The notes under the pieces: model-generated
Databases searched by the model: none
What the model saw: only the letters and a program-made list of their open reading frames with translations
Told to the model about the DNA's origin: nothing
In this document: positions 53,362 to 53,370 of the stretch, piece by piece
Layout of the letters: each line of letters opens with the position of its first letter
Numbering within the stretch: position 1 is the stretch's first letter
Assembly: GCA_045133915.1 (NCBI GenBank)
Contig: JBGUUX010000070.1
Location: 1-53,370 of the forward strand
From: Eubacteriales bacterium
GTDB taxonomy: Bacteria; Bacillota; Clostridia; Oscillospirales; CAG-272
DNA: 53,370 bases
Direction: 5' to 3'
Position numbers and translations under genes: made by a program

Positions 53362-53370
53362 TTATTCCTC

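Noticed and set aside
1-53370. Search for CRISPR arrays, defence systems, prophage or IS elements
   Set aside because: I saw no repeat-spacer arrays, cas genes, restriction-modification genes, toxin-antitoxin pairs, transposases or phage structural genes by eye. The only mobile-like features are the small non-coding repeats reported above.

Overview
This 53.4 kb window looks like the chromosome of a Gram-positive anaerobe, probably Clostridia (Oscillospiraceae/Ruminococcus-like). That placement is an inference from gene order, T-box use, SLH proteins and BspA-type LRR proteins, and it is not verified. The window is almost fully coding, and I saw no transposase, integrase, phage genes or CRISPR array.

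Housekeeping blocks:
- ppdK (partial), then pth-mfd-lipoprotein
- valS with a Val T-box leader
- rpsU
- the operon rdgB-nadD-yqeK-LCP-rsfS-leuS
- nadE, an MgtC-family gene, and tRNA-Arg(CCG)

Accessory content:
- a GH2 plus sugar O-acetyltransferase pair, and a GH27 alpha-galactosidase
- a sugar ABC importer
- an ECF sigma cluster with three membrane proteins
- three SLH-anchored secreted proteins
- a 2042-aa BspA-type LRR surface protein

The most unusual signals are non-coding:
1. A glycine riboswitch upstream of an alanine/glycine:cation symporter carries a 281-nt highly structured insertion inside its P2 hairpin. The G:U pairs in that insertion fit only the riboswitch strand.
2. A family of about 75-90 nt repeat elements has at least six copies. 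Five start at or one nucleotide into the stop codon of a gene, and one sits inverted inside the valS leader between the T-box terminator and the RBS.
3. A 209-nt structured spacer with four tandem heptamers lies inside the nadD-leuS operon.

Many very long ORFs in the track are antisense shadows in exact codon register with real genes. This shows that the real genes avoid TTA, CTA and TCA codons. All functional calls come from motif recognition by eye, and no database search was run.
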